A stretch of 63,806 nt of DNA, counting the filler. It is 6 parts of 6 records of this genome, joined end to end, with 100 filler letters (N's around TTAATTAATTAA, not from the genome) between each part and the next. Parts side by side here need not be neighbours in the genome. Positions count along the whole stretch, not along the records: positions 16,679 to 43,082 come from SRR31156797_28384; 5 more parts are not named here. One strand, given 5' to 3'. Positions 17,683 to 27,604 of this stretch are shown piece by piece. The notes beneath the pieces are model-generated. The model ran no database searches, was not told where the DNA came from, and worked only from the letters and a program-made list of their open reading frames with translations. Made by a program: the position numbers and the translations under genes. Position 1 is the stretch's first letter. Every line of letters begins with the position of its first letter.

Positions 17683-20600
17683 TTATATTTTGATCAGTTT
17701 AGTAGCAGTGGTATAACTTGCAGATTTAAGCTGTAAAAAATAAATACCACTTTTCAGGTTTGCAGTATTGAAGGAAAAAGCCCTTTCACTAAAACCCATG
17801 GGCCCTTCAAATATCTTTTTGATCAACTGTCCGTGCATATCCAAAATCCGGATGTCAATTTTTATTGGCTCACCGGAGTGGATGGTAATCTCAACCTGGT
17901 CATCAAATGGATTCGGGGAAATCTCAAATGAGAAATCCTGTTCTCCCATCTCCTCAATCGAAACATCATCGCACTCAAACCATGCCTCACCAGGTGATCC
18001 CAGGCTACAGCCCAGTTTCCAGTTTTCGGGGTTATTTAAATCACCGGTATAATTTAGCAACTCAATGCTTCTTCCCGGGGCATAAGGATTTTCGGGCCAT
18101 GGTTCCTCAGTTTCAAAAACAATATGAGCAACTTCCTGGCGATAACCATCAAAAAGATTGATTTCATCACCATCAGCCGAAAGGCCAAATCCAAATTCCC
18201 CGACAAAGTTTGGAATGGTATCATGAACAGCGAGAAAATCAGTGCTGTCCTGAACAACCACCAAATAATTATCCGGGAATATTTCCATATGCTCCGGAAA
18301 CTGGTATTTATGCTCTGGCTCCGAATCGCTGAAAGTCCAGCCATACAAGGAAACAGTTTCATTGCCTGAATTGAAAATCTCGAACCAGTCTCCACTATCG
18401 GCATTTTCATCAGCATCAAACTTGATTTCAGTTACGATTACTGCATCAGATGTTGAACAAGGTGAATTAGCTTTTCCGGGTGAACCATTAAAGCAACCCA
18501 AAAACCAGTTTTCCGGATTGTTATGATCAGCATTGTAATCCAGGATTTCGAGTGTGCGCCCGGGGGCAAATTCATTTTCAGGCCACGGGGGTGACGACTG
18601 GTAAGCAATCTGCACAATCGTTTGCCCGAACTGATCCACAAGGATTATTTCATCGGTATCACCGGAAAGTCCAAAATCAAATTCGCCAATAAAGTTGGGG
18701 ATGGTATCGTGGATTTCAGCAAAAGCCATGCTATCTTCAACCACCACCAGGTATTCCCCGGCCTGGATTATCAGGCTGTCGGGGAAAAGGTAGATATGGC
18801 TGGTGTCCGCATCCCGAAAGGACCAGCCTTCCAGTGAAACCGCAATGGTGTCGTTATTGAAAATCTCGAACCAGTCTTCGGTATCAAAAACACCATGAGG
18901 GCGATGATTGATTTCAGATACCAAAATCAATGCTGTATCATGGCATGGATCGGGAAATTTTCCGGGTGAGCCGCCCAGACATCCGTCACGCCAGTTTTCG
19001 GCCATGTTTGTGTTTTCATCAATGTTGTTAATCTCTGCCGTTCTTCCCGTGCCTGAAATATTTTGTGGCCAGGGCGCATCGGTGAGGTAATCCACTTCTG
19101 AAACCAGGTTATCCCAGGGATCGTATAACCGAAGATGGTCTCCGGAGGAGGATAATCCAAAATCAAAGTTTCCGATAGCCCGGATCAATCCGTCATAATA
19201 TTTCCGAAAAGCGGCAGTATCGCTGCACAAAACGAGGAATTCTCCCGGACTGAGCATTGTTCCACACGGTAGTGAAAAAATGTGGTTTCCGTGGTCATCT
19301 TTGAATTTCCAAAAACTCAAATCAACCTCAAGGGTATCGTGATTGAAGATTTCAACCCAGTCTTTGGTATCGAAATGATCTGAAGCATTGTAATTGAATT
19401 CCGTAAAAATGATATTGGGGTTTTCATGGCATTCCACAGGTCTCTGGCCGGGAGAACCACCAAGGCAGCCAGCCTGCCAGTTATCAGGATTGTGCATTTC
19501 CAGGTCCGGATCGGCCAATTCAATTGTTCTGCCGCTATAGGCAATGTCTTCAGGCCATGGTGATTTGGCGTTGTAGGTCAGGTTGATGATCAGGTTTTCA
19601 TTTTTATCAAACAGCCGTATTTCCGATGATGAGGACCTGAATCCGAAATCACAACCTCCGGTTACTCCGGCCAGCTCCGGATAAATCAAATTAAATTTGG
19701 TTATGTCCTGTACAACCAACAAAAAGCTTTCAGGCTGAATAATGGTTCCCGTATCAAAAACAAACCAACTGAAATTCAATTCATTTTTGAGTTGCCAACC
19801 TGACAAATCCATGCTTTCCTGGGTGGGATTGTACAACTCTATCCAATCGCCGGCATCCATATCATTGTGTGAGGCATAATTGATTTCTGTAACGGTTGGC
19901 TTCAGGGTATCCGGTGTTCCGGTAAAAAACGCCGTCAGCGTATCATGTTCTTCGAGGTGCCACCAAATCACCTGTTCTGTTGCAATAGTTTCTCCGTTTT
20001 CTTCCCAGTGCGAAAATGCCATTCCGGGCGCGGGTAAAGCTTTCAACCTCACCGGCACACTATCAAAATAGTAGCCATGCCAGGGATACGTTTCAGGAAT
20101 GACGCTGTTTATGCGAATTCTGGAGCCCTGTGCATTTTCTGTATGGAGATACAATCGGTAGGTTTCTGAGAGATCAAACAATTCAATAGTATGGTCCCGA
20201 ACATAATTGGAGCGGAATGTAAAAAAATTTTTCAGCTTGTTATCGATGTGATAGGTTTCCCAGGTACTTACAGATCCGCCCCATTTTGCTTTGTGGAAAG
20301 CCATCTCATCAATCAGGCTATCCTTAAAAGTATCGATGAATGCAAGTGATTGGATTGGGTTAAAAATGGTATTCATTAAATCAGCATAGCGATTGATAAA
20401 CCTGTGTTTAAAATCCTCATTTTCGAGCAGGCTAAAAAATAACCTTGAGTGGGGTATCCACTGGTTGTTTATTATCCGCTCATAGGCATTGATGGTGTAG
20501 TTTTGCATTCCATAATTGAACGACATGGAGTTGTCGGCATCCATAAAGATATACTGCCACTTTCCATCACCTTGTTTCCAGTATTTTACATTGTTTTGTG

Positions 20601-22710
20601 GCCAGTCTGTATTGACAATAAAAAGCTGGATCGCAAAATAGTCCATCAGATTCAGCAGGTCAATTTGCGATGCGACGATATCGAAATTTTCAGGATCAGA
20701 CAGGTCGTGATTGAGGACAAAACTGATGATATCGATAAATTCCTGGTTATCACCCTCAACAACCTGATAAACATTTTCAAGCAGGTCGATTTCATCTTCA
20801 TCGTCGATGGCAAAATTTTCAATCAGGTAATCCTTGTCGATTTTTTCACGGATGTTGTGTATGCCCCAATATTCCCCGTTTATATACACGGCTGCCGGCT
20901 GGTAGTCCTGCACCGGGACAAAAGCTACCGGTTGAATCATTTTATTGATCAGGGCGTCTCGCATGTGGGCTCCCTGGAAATCGTTACCGCCGTTACGCAG
21001 GATCAGTTTTTTATAGCTTTGGATGTTTTTGTCCGGAAATACCGGATATTCAAAACTTGATGCTCCAAAATCACTGCGGGCAGTGAGGCGCAAACTTCGT
21101 TGGGCAAATGCCCGGCTCCAGTTTCCATGAATTTTCATTCCTGCATCCTGACAAAAATGCCGTTGTTGGTCAGACCCAAAAAACTCCCAGTATGCCCGGA
21201 TCTCCTTGTCATCCCAAAAATTGGCCCCATAATAAGGGAATATATCATCAGCTTCGGGCCCCATTTCATAAATACCCTCTTCATAATCCCACAGTTCATG
21301 AGGGCTTGAACTTACCGAAACCACAGGCAAGTTGGTCGATTTATTAATTATGTATGTATTCGTAGCGATCTTACCCGGAAGCATTCCCGGGCTGAATAAC
21401 CTGGCTTTAATAACCGTAGTTTCGGTAATGCTAATGCTGTCCTGGAAAATGAATGATGTGTCAGATGGTAAATTGCCATCTGTTGTGTATCTGATTACAA
21501 AACCTGTATCGGGGGCATTTAAATTCAAATAGAGTATGTTAGCGGAATCGAGCATATAAAATCCTGCGGGCAAGGAAAATTGAGGTATTTTGGTAATCAT
21601 TCCTGCGAATTTTTCCTGTTGATTGTTGGATGATCCCGGGGTAGGCTTCGAAAAATATACCGTAGAATCGTCGCCGTCAAGTACACATCCAAAGCTGTGA
21701 TTGGCTGGAACCTCAGGAAAATCCATGCTGCTGATTAAATTTTCATCGGGATCGAAAAGTAAAACCGATTCTCCATAGCTATCCAGTTTAAACCCGGTGT
21801 GTAGCAGCAATGTGTCGTTGAAGAACCATTCGGGTGTTTCCGAAAATTGTGAAGAATCTTTATTGAGCCCAAATGACAACCAGCTGTTGATACTCATTTC
21901 GGCATCAAGCCAGTTATTGTGAAGTTGCAGTGCCAACACATTATTTCCTTCCGTCAAACTGTGCATAAGTTCTTCATAATTGATGGTATATAGGTCGGGT
22001 AGTCCACCGTTTAACATCTGGGAGGCATGCTGGCGCCATGCCGCCTGATTATAAAGCGGCACGGTTCCGTCAGGCCGAATATTTGACCGGGCAATTTCAG
22101 TTCCGTTCAGGAAAGCCACAAAACTATCGTCATAATCCACATGTAATTGGGCATTTATTATGGAGGAAAGATCCCGGATATCGAATATTTTTCGAATAAA
22201 AACCGACATGAGGGTGTCGGAAACCGTTGTGTTATATATGCCCTCTCCATGTCCGAAACCACCCTTACCTTTTAGCCAGGCGGTGTCCTGAAAGCTTGCC
22301 AGACGCCAGGCATCCTCAGGTTCGCTCGTTGGGTTTATATAATTGAATGTATCCGAAGCAACAATGGCAGTTTCGTGTTTTTTGATCACATGGCTACGAT
22401 TCTTATCCGAGGCAAAAAATACCAGGAACTCTTGCGGTGCCATGTTAACCTCCGGGAAAACCCACTTATCAGGAAGGTCAGGATTATCGGTGATTGAATA
22501 GCCTTTGAGGTTTATGGTGTCTGCACTACCATTGTAAAGTTCAAACCAGTCTTCAAAATCCCCATCCTCATCGGCCATGCCCGAAAAATTGGCCGGGCAA
22601 ACCTCATTAATTACCAGTTGGCTAAATGCCTGTTTTTGGCCCAGGACAATTAATCCAAGCACCATCAAAATAGCAGGCCACAGGATTGTGTTTTGGACAA
22701 TCGATTTCAT
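17683..22710 (-). CDS. T9SS-secreted CotH-kinase protein with five lamin-tail domains
   Basis: Signal peptide; LTD (VINEV...DWFELYN); CotH motifs KIHGNWSR, NTDWPQNN, FMDAD; four tandem LTDs each ending C.xGSPG; C-terminal ISPNPF...GIYFL sorting domain. Confidence 0.88.
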   Translation of the reverse strand: MKSIVQNTILWPAILMVLGLIVLGQKQAFSQLVINEVCPANFSGMADEDGDFEDWFELYNGSADTINLKGYSITDNPDLPDKWVFPEVNMAPQEFLVFFASDKNRSHVIKKHETAIVASDTFNYINPTSEPEDAWRLASFQDTAWLKGKGGFGHGEGIYNTTVSDTLMSVFIRKIFDIRDLSSIINAQLHVDYDDSFVAFLNGTEIARSNIRPDGTVPLYNQAAWRQHASQMLNGGLPDLYTINYEELMHSLTEGNNVLALQLHNNWLDAEMSINSWLSFGLNKDSSQFSETPEWFFNDTLLLHTGFKLDSYGESVLLFDPDENLISSMDFPEVPANHSFGCVLDGDDSTVYFSKPTPGSSNNQQEKFAGMITKIPQFSLPAGFYMLDSANILYLNLNAPDTGFVIRYTTDGNLPSDTSFIFQDSISITETTVIKARLFSPGMLPGKIATNTYIINKSTNLPVVSVSSSPHELWDYEEGIYEMGPEADDIFPYYGANFWDDKEIRAYWEFFGSDQQRHFCQDAGMKIHGNWSRAFAQRSLRLTARSDFGASSFEYPVFPDKNIQSYKKLILRNGGNDFQGAHMRDALINKMIQPVAFVPVQDYQPAAVYINGEYWGIHNIREKIDKDYLIENFAIDDEDEIDLLENVYQVVEGDNQEFIDIISFVLNHDLSDPENFDIVASQIDLLNLMDYFAIQLFIVNTDWPQNNVKYWKQGDGKWQYIFMDADNSMSFNYGMQNYTINAYERIINNQWIPHSRLFFSLLENEDFKHRFINRYADLMNTIFNPIQSLAFIDTFKDSLIDEMAFHKAKWGGSVSTWETYHIDNKLKNFFTFRSNYVRDHTIELFDLSETYRLYLHTENAQGSRIRINSVIPETYPWHGYYFDSVPVRLKALPAPGMAFSHWEENGETIATEQVIWWHLEEHDTLTAFFTGTPDTLKPTVTEINYASHNDMDAGDWIELYNPTQESMDLSGWQLKNELNFSWFVFDTGTIIQPESFLLVVQDITKFNLIYPELAGVTGGCDFGFRSSSSEIRLFDKNENLIINLTYNAKSPWPEDIAYSGRTIELADPDLEMHNPDNWQAGCLGGSPGQRPVECHENPNIIFTEFNYNASDHFDTKDWVEIFNHDTLEVDLSFWKFKDDHGNHIFSLPCGTMLSPGEFLVLCSDTAAFRKYYDGLIRAIGNFDFGLSSSGDHLRLYDPWDNLVSEVDYLTDAPWPQNISGTGRTAEINNIDENTNMAENWRDGCLGGSPGKFPDPCHDTALILVSEINHRPHGVFDTEDWFEIFNNDTIAVSLEGWSFRDADTSHIYLFPDSLIIQAGEYLVVVEDSMAFAEIHDTIPNFIGEFDFGLSGDTDEIILVDQFGQTIVQIAYQSSPPWPENEFAPGRTLEILDYNADHNNPENWFLGCFNGSPGKANSPCSTSDAVIVTEIKFDADENADSGDWFEIFNSGNETVSLYGWTFSDSEPEHKYQFPEHMEIFPDNYLVVVQDSTDFLAVHDTIPNFVGEFGFGLSADGDEINLFDGYRQEVAHIVFETEEPWPENPYAPGRSIELLNYTGDLNNPENWKLGCSLGSPGEAWFECDDVSIEEMGEQDFSFEISPNPFDDQVEITIHSGEPIKIDIRILDMHGQLIKKIFEGPMGFSERAFSFNTANLKSGIYFLQLKSASYTTATKLIKI

Positions 22711-22751
22711 TTTTATTTCAGGACTTTCGTTGAATTAACTCAATGTTTTTT

Positions 22752-23879
22752 TTATCGTTTTTCGGAATACTGAACCTCCAAATAATTCAGGAATTTGTGG
22801 AACAATTCCGTATTTTCATAAACGCCGGTAAACTGATCGGCGCCGGGGCCATAGGCAAAAACGGGAATCATAACGGCAGTGTGGTTGCTGGTAATAAACC
22901 TGCCGGTTACCTCACCTGAGGCTTCGTCACCATCGGTAATGGCGTATCCGCCGGTCTCGTGGTCGCCAAGGATCACAACAAGTGTATTGCCGTCATCTTC
23001 GGCGTAATCAAGTACTGCCCCAACAGCTTTGTCAAAATCAAGCATTTCTTCCAGCATATAGCCGGTATCATACTCGTGGCAGGCCCAGTCGATTTGTGCC
23101 CCCTCAATCATCAGGAAAAAGCCGTTTTCGTTTTTTTCCAACAGTCTTACGGCCAGCATGGCTGATTGGCTCAACATGTCGCCGCGGCCTTCAGCAATTT
23201 TCAATGGTTTGTATTCCTGGGTAAAACATGCAAGTTTTCCTTCATCGGTTTGCTGTGCATCTGCAAGGTTGTCGAAAACCTGGAAGCCATAAGCGGATAA
23301 AGAATCCAATAGGTTCACGCTGTCCTCACGGGCATTGAAATGCCTGCGGCCACCACCGATAACCACATCAAGGCTGGATTTGTGTAATTCCATGGCCATC
23401 TCTTCCTGGGCGTATCGGTCAGGATTATGAGCAAAAAAGCAGGCTGTGGAAGCATCCGTGATAAAAGATGTGGAAACGATCCCATTGGCAAATCCTTCCG
23501 GTTTAATAATCTCGGGGATGTTGGCAACGGAATTTTCGTTGTGATCAACACCAATATGTTTGTATTTGGTTTTAACACCGCATACCATGGCCGTTGTTGA
23601 GGATCCCGAGGAGGGAATAAGCTGATCAGAGGCATAAACTTTTTGCATGCCGATATGCTTACAGCGTGAAATATTCAGATTTCCGCCGCTGGCAATGGAT
23701 GCTGCCGTGATCTGGCTCAAACCCATCCCATCCCCAATCATCAGGATGAGTTGTTTTTTTGAGGTGTTATCGGGCGGATTCTGGTCATTGGGATCACTGT
23801 TGTTTTTTCCGCACCCGGTGACCAGCACAAAAAATGCTACAACATAGATGATGATTATATGAGCGGAGTAGTTATTCAT
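22752..23879 (-). CDS. Alkaline phosphatase (PhoA family) lipoprotein
   Basis: Lipobox VTG-C; metal-ligand motifs IGDGMG, IEGAQIDWACH, GDHETGG, NHT. Confidence 0.9.
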   Translation of the reverse strand: MNNYSAHIIIIYVVAFFVLVTGCGKNNSDPNDQNPPDNTSKKQLILMIGDGMGLSQITAASIASGGNLNISRCKHIGMQKVYASDQLIPSSGSSTTAMVCGVKTKYKHIGVDHNENSVANIPEIIKPEGFANGIVSTSFITDASTACFFAHNPDRYAQEEMAMELHKSSLDVVIGGGRRHFNAREDSVNLLDSLSAYGFQVFDNLADAQQTDEGKLACFTQEYKPLKIAEGRGDMLSQSAMLAVRLLEKNENGFFLMIEGAQIDWACHEYDTGYMLEEMLDFDKAVGAVLDYAEDDGNTLVVILGDHETGGYAITDGDEASGEVTGRFITSNHTAVMIPVFAYGPGADQFTGVYENTELFHKFLNYLEVQYSEKR

Positions 23880-23940
23880 GATATAGTGAGTTGAATTAAA
23901 AGCATGATTGTTCCCGGTTTAGGAGCTTATTGCCAACATA

Positions 23941-24009
23941 CAAAGGTAATGATTTTGCGTGTTAACTTAATGTTAAGCCTGATTGTCAGGATGAAAATGC
24001 AGTTGTTAA
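23941..24009 (-). promoter_or_regulatory. Bacteroidota -7 promoter element with Pho-box-like direct repeats
   Basis: Minus-strand TACCTTTG (23941-23948); TTAACA hexamers at 23960, 23971 and 24004, all in 11-bp phase. Confidence 0.55.
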
Positions 24010-24152
24010 ATAATGTAAGAATCGGAGTTATCTACACAAATTGTTGAAAACAAATATCTAAATTAAGAATTATTTAAATAATTATACTTGACAACCGCCC
24101 TGCTAAAACCCTACTTTCGCCACTTGATTTTCACTAACCTATTATAATTAAT

Positions 24153-26327
24153 ATGCTAAGATTTACAGCACTGGATTTGGCAACTTCAAGGAAGCCGGTC
24201 AAATCGGAAATCCCACACGGGAAGATTTCAGATTATTTTGGAGAACTGACGTTTAACGACACCGCTCAGCGCGAATACCTGACCAGTGAAGCATATCAAC
24301 AGGTGGTTGGTGCAATTGAAAAAGGCACCCAAATCAGCCGTGTTGTAGCCGACCAGATTGCTGTTTCTATGAAAGCCTGGGCCATTACCAAGGGCGCAAC
24401 GCACTATACGCACTGGTTTCACCCCTTAACCGGAGCTACAGCTGAAAAACACGATGCTTTTATCAATCCGATTCCCGGAGGCCGGGCTATTGAAAACTTT
24501 CGCGGAAATGAACTGATGCAACAGGAACCTGATGCTTCAAGTTTCCCCAGTGGTGGAATTCGCAATACATTTGAAGCCCGCGGTTACACAGCCTGGGACC
24601 CGACATCACCTGCGTTTATCCTGGATAAAACATTGTGCATCCCTACCGTTTTTGTTTCCTATACAGGGGAAGCTCTCGACTTTAAAACCCCTTTATTAAA
24701 GGCATTAAGCACAGTTGACAAAGCCGCTGTGGATGTATGCCGTTATTTTGATGAAAATGTGCAGAAAGTAAGTGCCACCCTGGGTTGGGAGCAGGAGTAT
24801 TTCCTGTTGGATAAAGCGTTGTACAGCGCACGCCCTGACCTGATGTTGACCCGCCGGACTGTATTTGGCCATGCATCTGCAAAGGATCAGCAGCTCAGCG
24901 ATCACTACTTCGGAACCATTCCTCACAGGGTGATGGAGTTCATGAAAGAATTCGAATACGAATGTCACAGGTTGGGTATTCCGATCAAGACCCGTCATAA
25001 CGAGGTTGCACCAAGCCAGTTCGAATGTGCTCCGGTTTTTGAAGAGGCCAATCTTGCCACCGACCACAACCAGCTTTTGATGCACCTGATCAAACGCATT
25101 GCCGGAAAACACAACTTTTATGCTTTGTTGCATGAAAAGCCTTATGCCGGCGTAAATGGATCAGGTAAACACAACAACTGGTCGCTTTCAACCGATACCG
25201 GAGTTAACCTGTTATCTCCCGGAAAGGACAGTAAATCAAACCTGCAGTTTTTAACTTTTCTTGTAAATACACTGAAGGCTGTTCATGATTATGCTGATCT
25301 GATCCGTGCTTCTATTGCCACGCCAGGAAACGATCACAGGCTGGGAGCAAATGAGGCACCACCGGCTATTATTTCCGTGTTTATTGGAACAGAGCTTTCA
25401 CGTGCCTTGAAAGAACTCGAAGAACAAACCCCAAATAAAATTGAAGATGAGCGTGGATTGAATCTGAATATTCCCAAGATTCCGGAAATCCTGCTCGATA
25501 ACACCGATCGTAACCGTACTTCGCCATTCGCCTTTACAGGGAATAAATTTGAGTTCAGGGCTGTTGGATCAGCATCAACCTGCTCTAAACCAATGACACC
25601 GCTTAATCTGGTGGTTGGAAACCAGTTGAAGATTTTTAAGAGCGATGTAGATTCACTGATATCCAAAGGTGTTACGAAAGAAGATGCCATTCTGCAAACG
25701 CTACGCGGTTATGTAAAAGAAACCAAAAAGATATTATTTGAAGGCAACTCATACAGCGACGAATGGGTGAAGGAAGCCGAAGGCAGAGGTTTGTCAAACA
25801 TTAAATCAACTCCGCAGGCACTTGTTAAAGCCATGAATGATGATGTGATTGCATTGTATGAAAAAGAAGGAATACTCACGCGCAGGGAGTTGGAGGCGCG
25901 TCAAGGTATTAAAATGGAAAAATATACCATGCAGATTCAAATCGAATCACGCATGATTGGCGACCTGGCAACAAACCATATCATACCGGTAGCCATCAAA
26001 TACCAAAATACCCTCATTGAGAACGTGAAAGGTTTGCAGGATGTGCTGGATAACAAGACTTTTGTGAAGTTATCAAAGAACCAACTTCAGTCCATTAAGG
26101 ACATTTCGGAGCATATCAGCGAAATCCGTGAGTCGGTTATCAAAATGATCGAAGAGCGGAAAATTGCCAATAAAATTGAAGACGTAAGCGAAAAGGCCAT
26201 TTATTATAATGAAAAGGTACTACCTTACTTTGAGCCAATTCGTTACCATGTGGATAAACTCGAATTGATGGTTGACGACAGCATTTGGCCATTGCCAAAA
26301 TATCGCGAAATGTTGTTTATAAGATAA
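24153..26327 (+). CDS. glnA: Glutamine synthetase type III
   Basis: 724 aa; EPDASSFPSGGIRNTFEARGY, HNEVAP, HEKP..GVNGSGKHNNWS, DRNRTSPFAFTGNKFEFR. Confidence 0.95.
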   Translation: MLRFTALDLATSRKPVKSEIPHGKISDYFGELTFNDTAQREYLTSEAYQQVVGAIEKGTQISRVVADQIAVSMKAWAITKGATHYTHWFHPLTGATAEKHDAFINPIPGGRAIENFRGNELMQQEPDASSFPSGGIRNTFEARGYTAWDPTSPAFILDKTLCIPTVFVSYTGEALDFKTPLLKALSTVDKAAVDVCRYFDENVQKVSATLGWEQEYFLLDKALYSARPDLMLTRRTVFGHASAKDQQLSDHYFGTIPHRVMEFMKEFEYECHRLGIPIKTRHNEVAPSQFECAPVFEEANLATDHNQLLMHLIKRIAGKHNFYALLHEKPYAGVNGSGKHNNWSLSTDTGVNLLSPGKDSKSNLQFLTFLVNTLKAVHDYADLIRASIATPGNDHRLGANEAPPAIISVFIGTELSRALKELEEQTPNKIEDERGLNLNIPKIPEILLDNTDRNRTSPFAFTGNKFEFRAVGSASTCSKPMTPLNLVVGNQLKIFKSDVDSLISKGVTKEDAILQTLRGYVKETKKILFEGNSYSDEWVKEAEGRGLSNIKSTPQALVKAMNDDVIALYEKEGILTRRELEARQGIKMEKYTMQIQIESRMIGDLATNHIIPVAIKYQNTLIENVKGLQDVLDNKTFVKLSKNQLQSIKDISEHISEIRESVIKMIEERKIANKIEDVSEKAIYYNEKVLPYFEPIRYHVDKLELMVDDSIWPLPKYREMLFIR

Positions 26328-26347
26328 ATTGTGTATTAAATGTGTTT

Positions 26348-26390
26348 GAGGCTGAATGTTGTTGCAGATGTAACAGGTTCAGCCTCTTTT
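26348..26390 (+). terminator. Intrinsic terminator after glnA
   Basis: GAGGCTGAA...TTCAGCCTC stem followed by T residues. Confidence 0.7.
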
Positions 26391-26442
26391 CGTTTATGGA
26401 TCAATAATATTTACTTTTGCCGGACAATTTAAATCTCAAATT

Positions 26443-27600
26443 ATGCGTAAAGCAACTTTTATTTTAACTATCCTATTTTCCAGCATTTCCATCGGGGTTT
26501 TCGCCCAGTTGAAAACAATCCATGTAAATGAGTATTCAGGCCAGCCTGTGGGAAATGGTTACTACTACGTTTTGCCACGAACGGTTTTAAAAGTTGATGT
26601 TGTGGTAAAATCCACGGAGAGCCTCAAAGGGCCTTACGCCGATTATGCTGAAAAAATGCTTGCGCTTGAGGAGGTAAATAATTTTGATTACACCACCTAT
26701 GCGATTCAGCAGGTTGAGATCAGCAGTGTAACCGAGCCTGATCCGGACCAGGTTTATTTTGTGGGCTTTGGCGAACGGGATTCAAAAGACCTGAAAAACC
26801 TGATCATAAAAACCAACACAAAAGGTTACCTGGTTGCGGTTAATAACCTCGACAGGGAGGAAAGTGCTGATGTTGAAGAAAATGATGAAATCGTGCTTTA
26901 TGATCTTGATGGCATGAGCTCACCTGGAGAGAATTTCCGGGTAGAGCAACAACTGGAAACAAAAATCGACACCATCATTCGCAGGGTTGCTGTGGATACT
27001 ATTATAACCGAGCAGTTTTATTATCGCCCTCGTTTTGAGGAGCGATCAACCGAAGAACTGGCCATGGATGCCATGCGTCAGATCCAGGATTTAAGGGAAG
27101 CGAAATTCAAATTGCTCACCGGTTTCCAGGAAACAGCCTATGAGGCCGGTTCGATAAAATATATGTTTGAACAGCTCGACAGGCAGGAAAATGAATTGCT
27201 CGATTTGTTTCGCGGCAAAAATTTTACGGCCTATGAACATCACTCCTTTTATTATACACCATCATCAAAAGGCAAAACCACCGGGATACCTTTGTTCAGG
27301 TTTTCAGCGGGCTCAGGGCTAAGTGCAGCAAATTCAGGTTCCGGCGAAAATGTGGTGCTGGATCTGGAGAAAAATACGTTTGCGCTTACTACAGGAGATG
27401 TTGAAGAACCATTAAATAATGGTGTAGCATACCGCATTCCGGGATTTGCGGTTGCCAGAATCAATTTTGAAGGGGAAACACTTACCGAACAGCGGTTTCA
27501 GGTGAACCAGTTTGGCAGTATCCGCAGGTTACCAGCCAAAAAATTCAAGGCAACTTTCCATCCTGAAACCGGTGGGTTAAAGACCATCCTTCAGGAATAA
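26443..27600 (+). CDS. DUF4831-like exported protein
   Basis: Signal peptide; YVLPRTVL...GPYADYAEKML, LFRFS...G, YRIPG, QFG motifs. Confidence 0.75.
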   Translation: MRKATFILTILFSSISIGVFAQLKTIHVNEYSGQPVGNGYYYVLPRTVLKVDVVVKSTESLKGPYADYAEKMLALEEVNNFDYTTYAIQQVEISSVTEPDPDQVYFVGFGERDSKDLKNLIIKTNTKGYLVAVNNLDREESADVEENDEIVLYDLDGMSSPGENFRVEQQLETKIDTIIRRVAVDTIITEQFYYRPRFEERSTEELAMDAMRQIQDLREAKFKLLTGFQETAYEAGSIKYMFEQLDRQENELLDLFRGKNFTAYEHHSFYYTPSSKGKTTGIPLFRFSAGSGLSAANSGSGENVVLDLEKNTFALTTGDVEEPLNNGVAYRIPGFAVARINFEGETLTEQRFQVNQFGSIRRLPAKKFKATFHPETGGLKTILQE

Positions 27601-27604
27601 GTCC

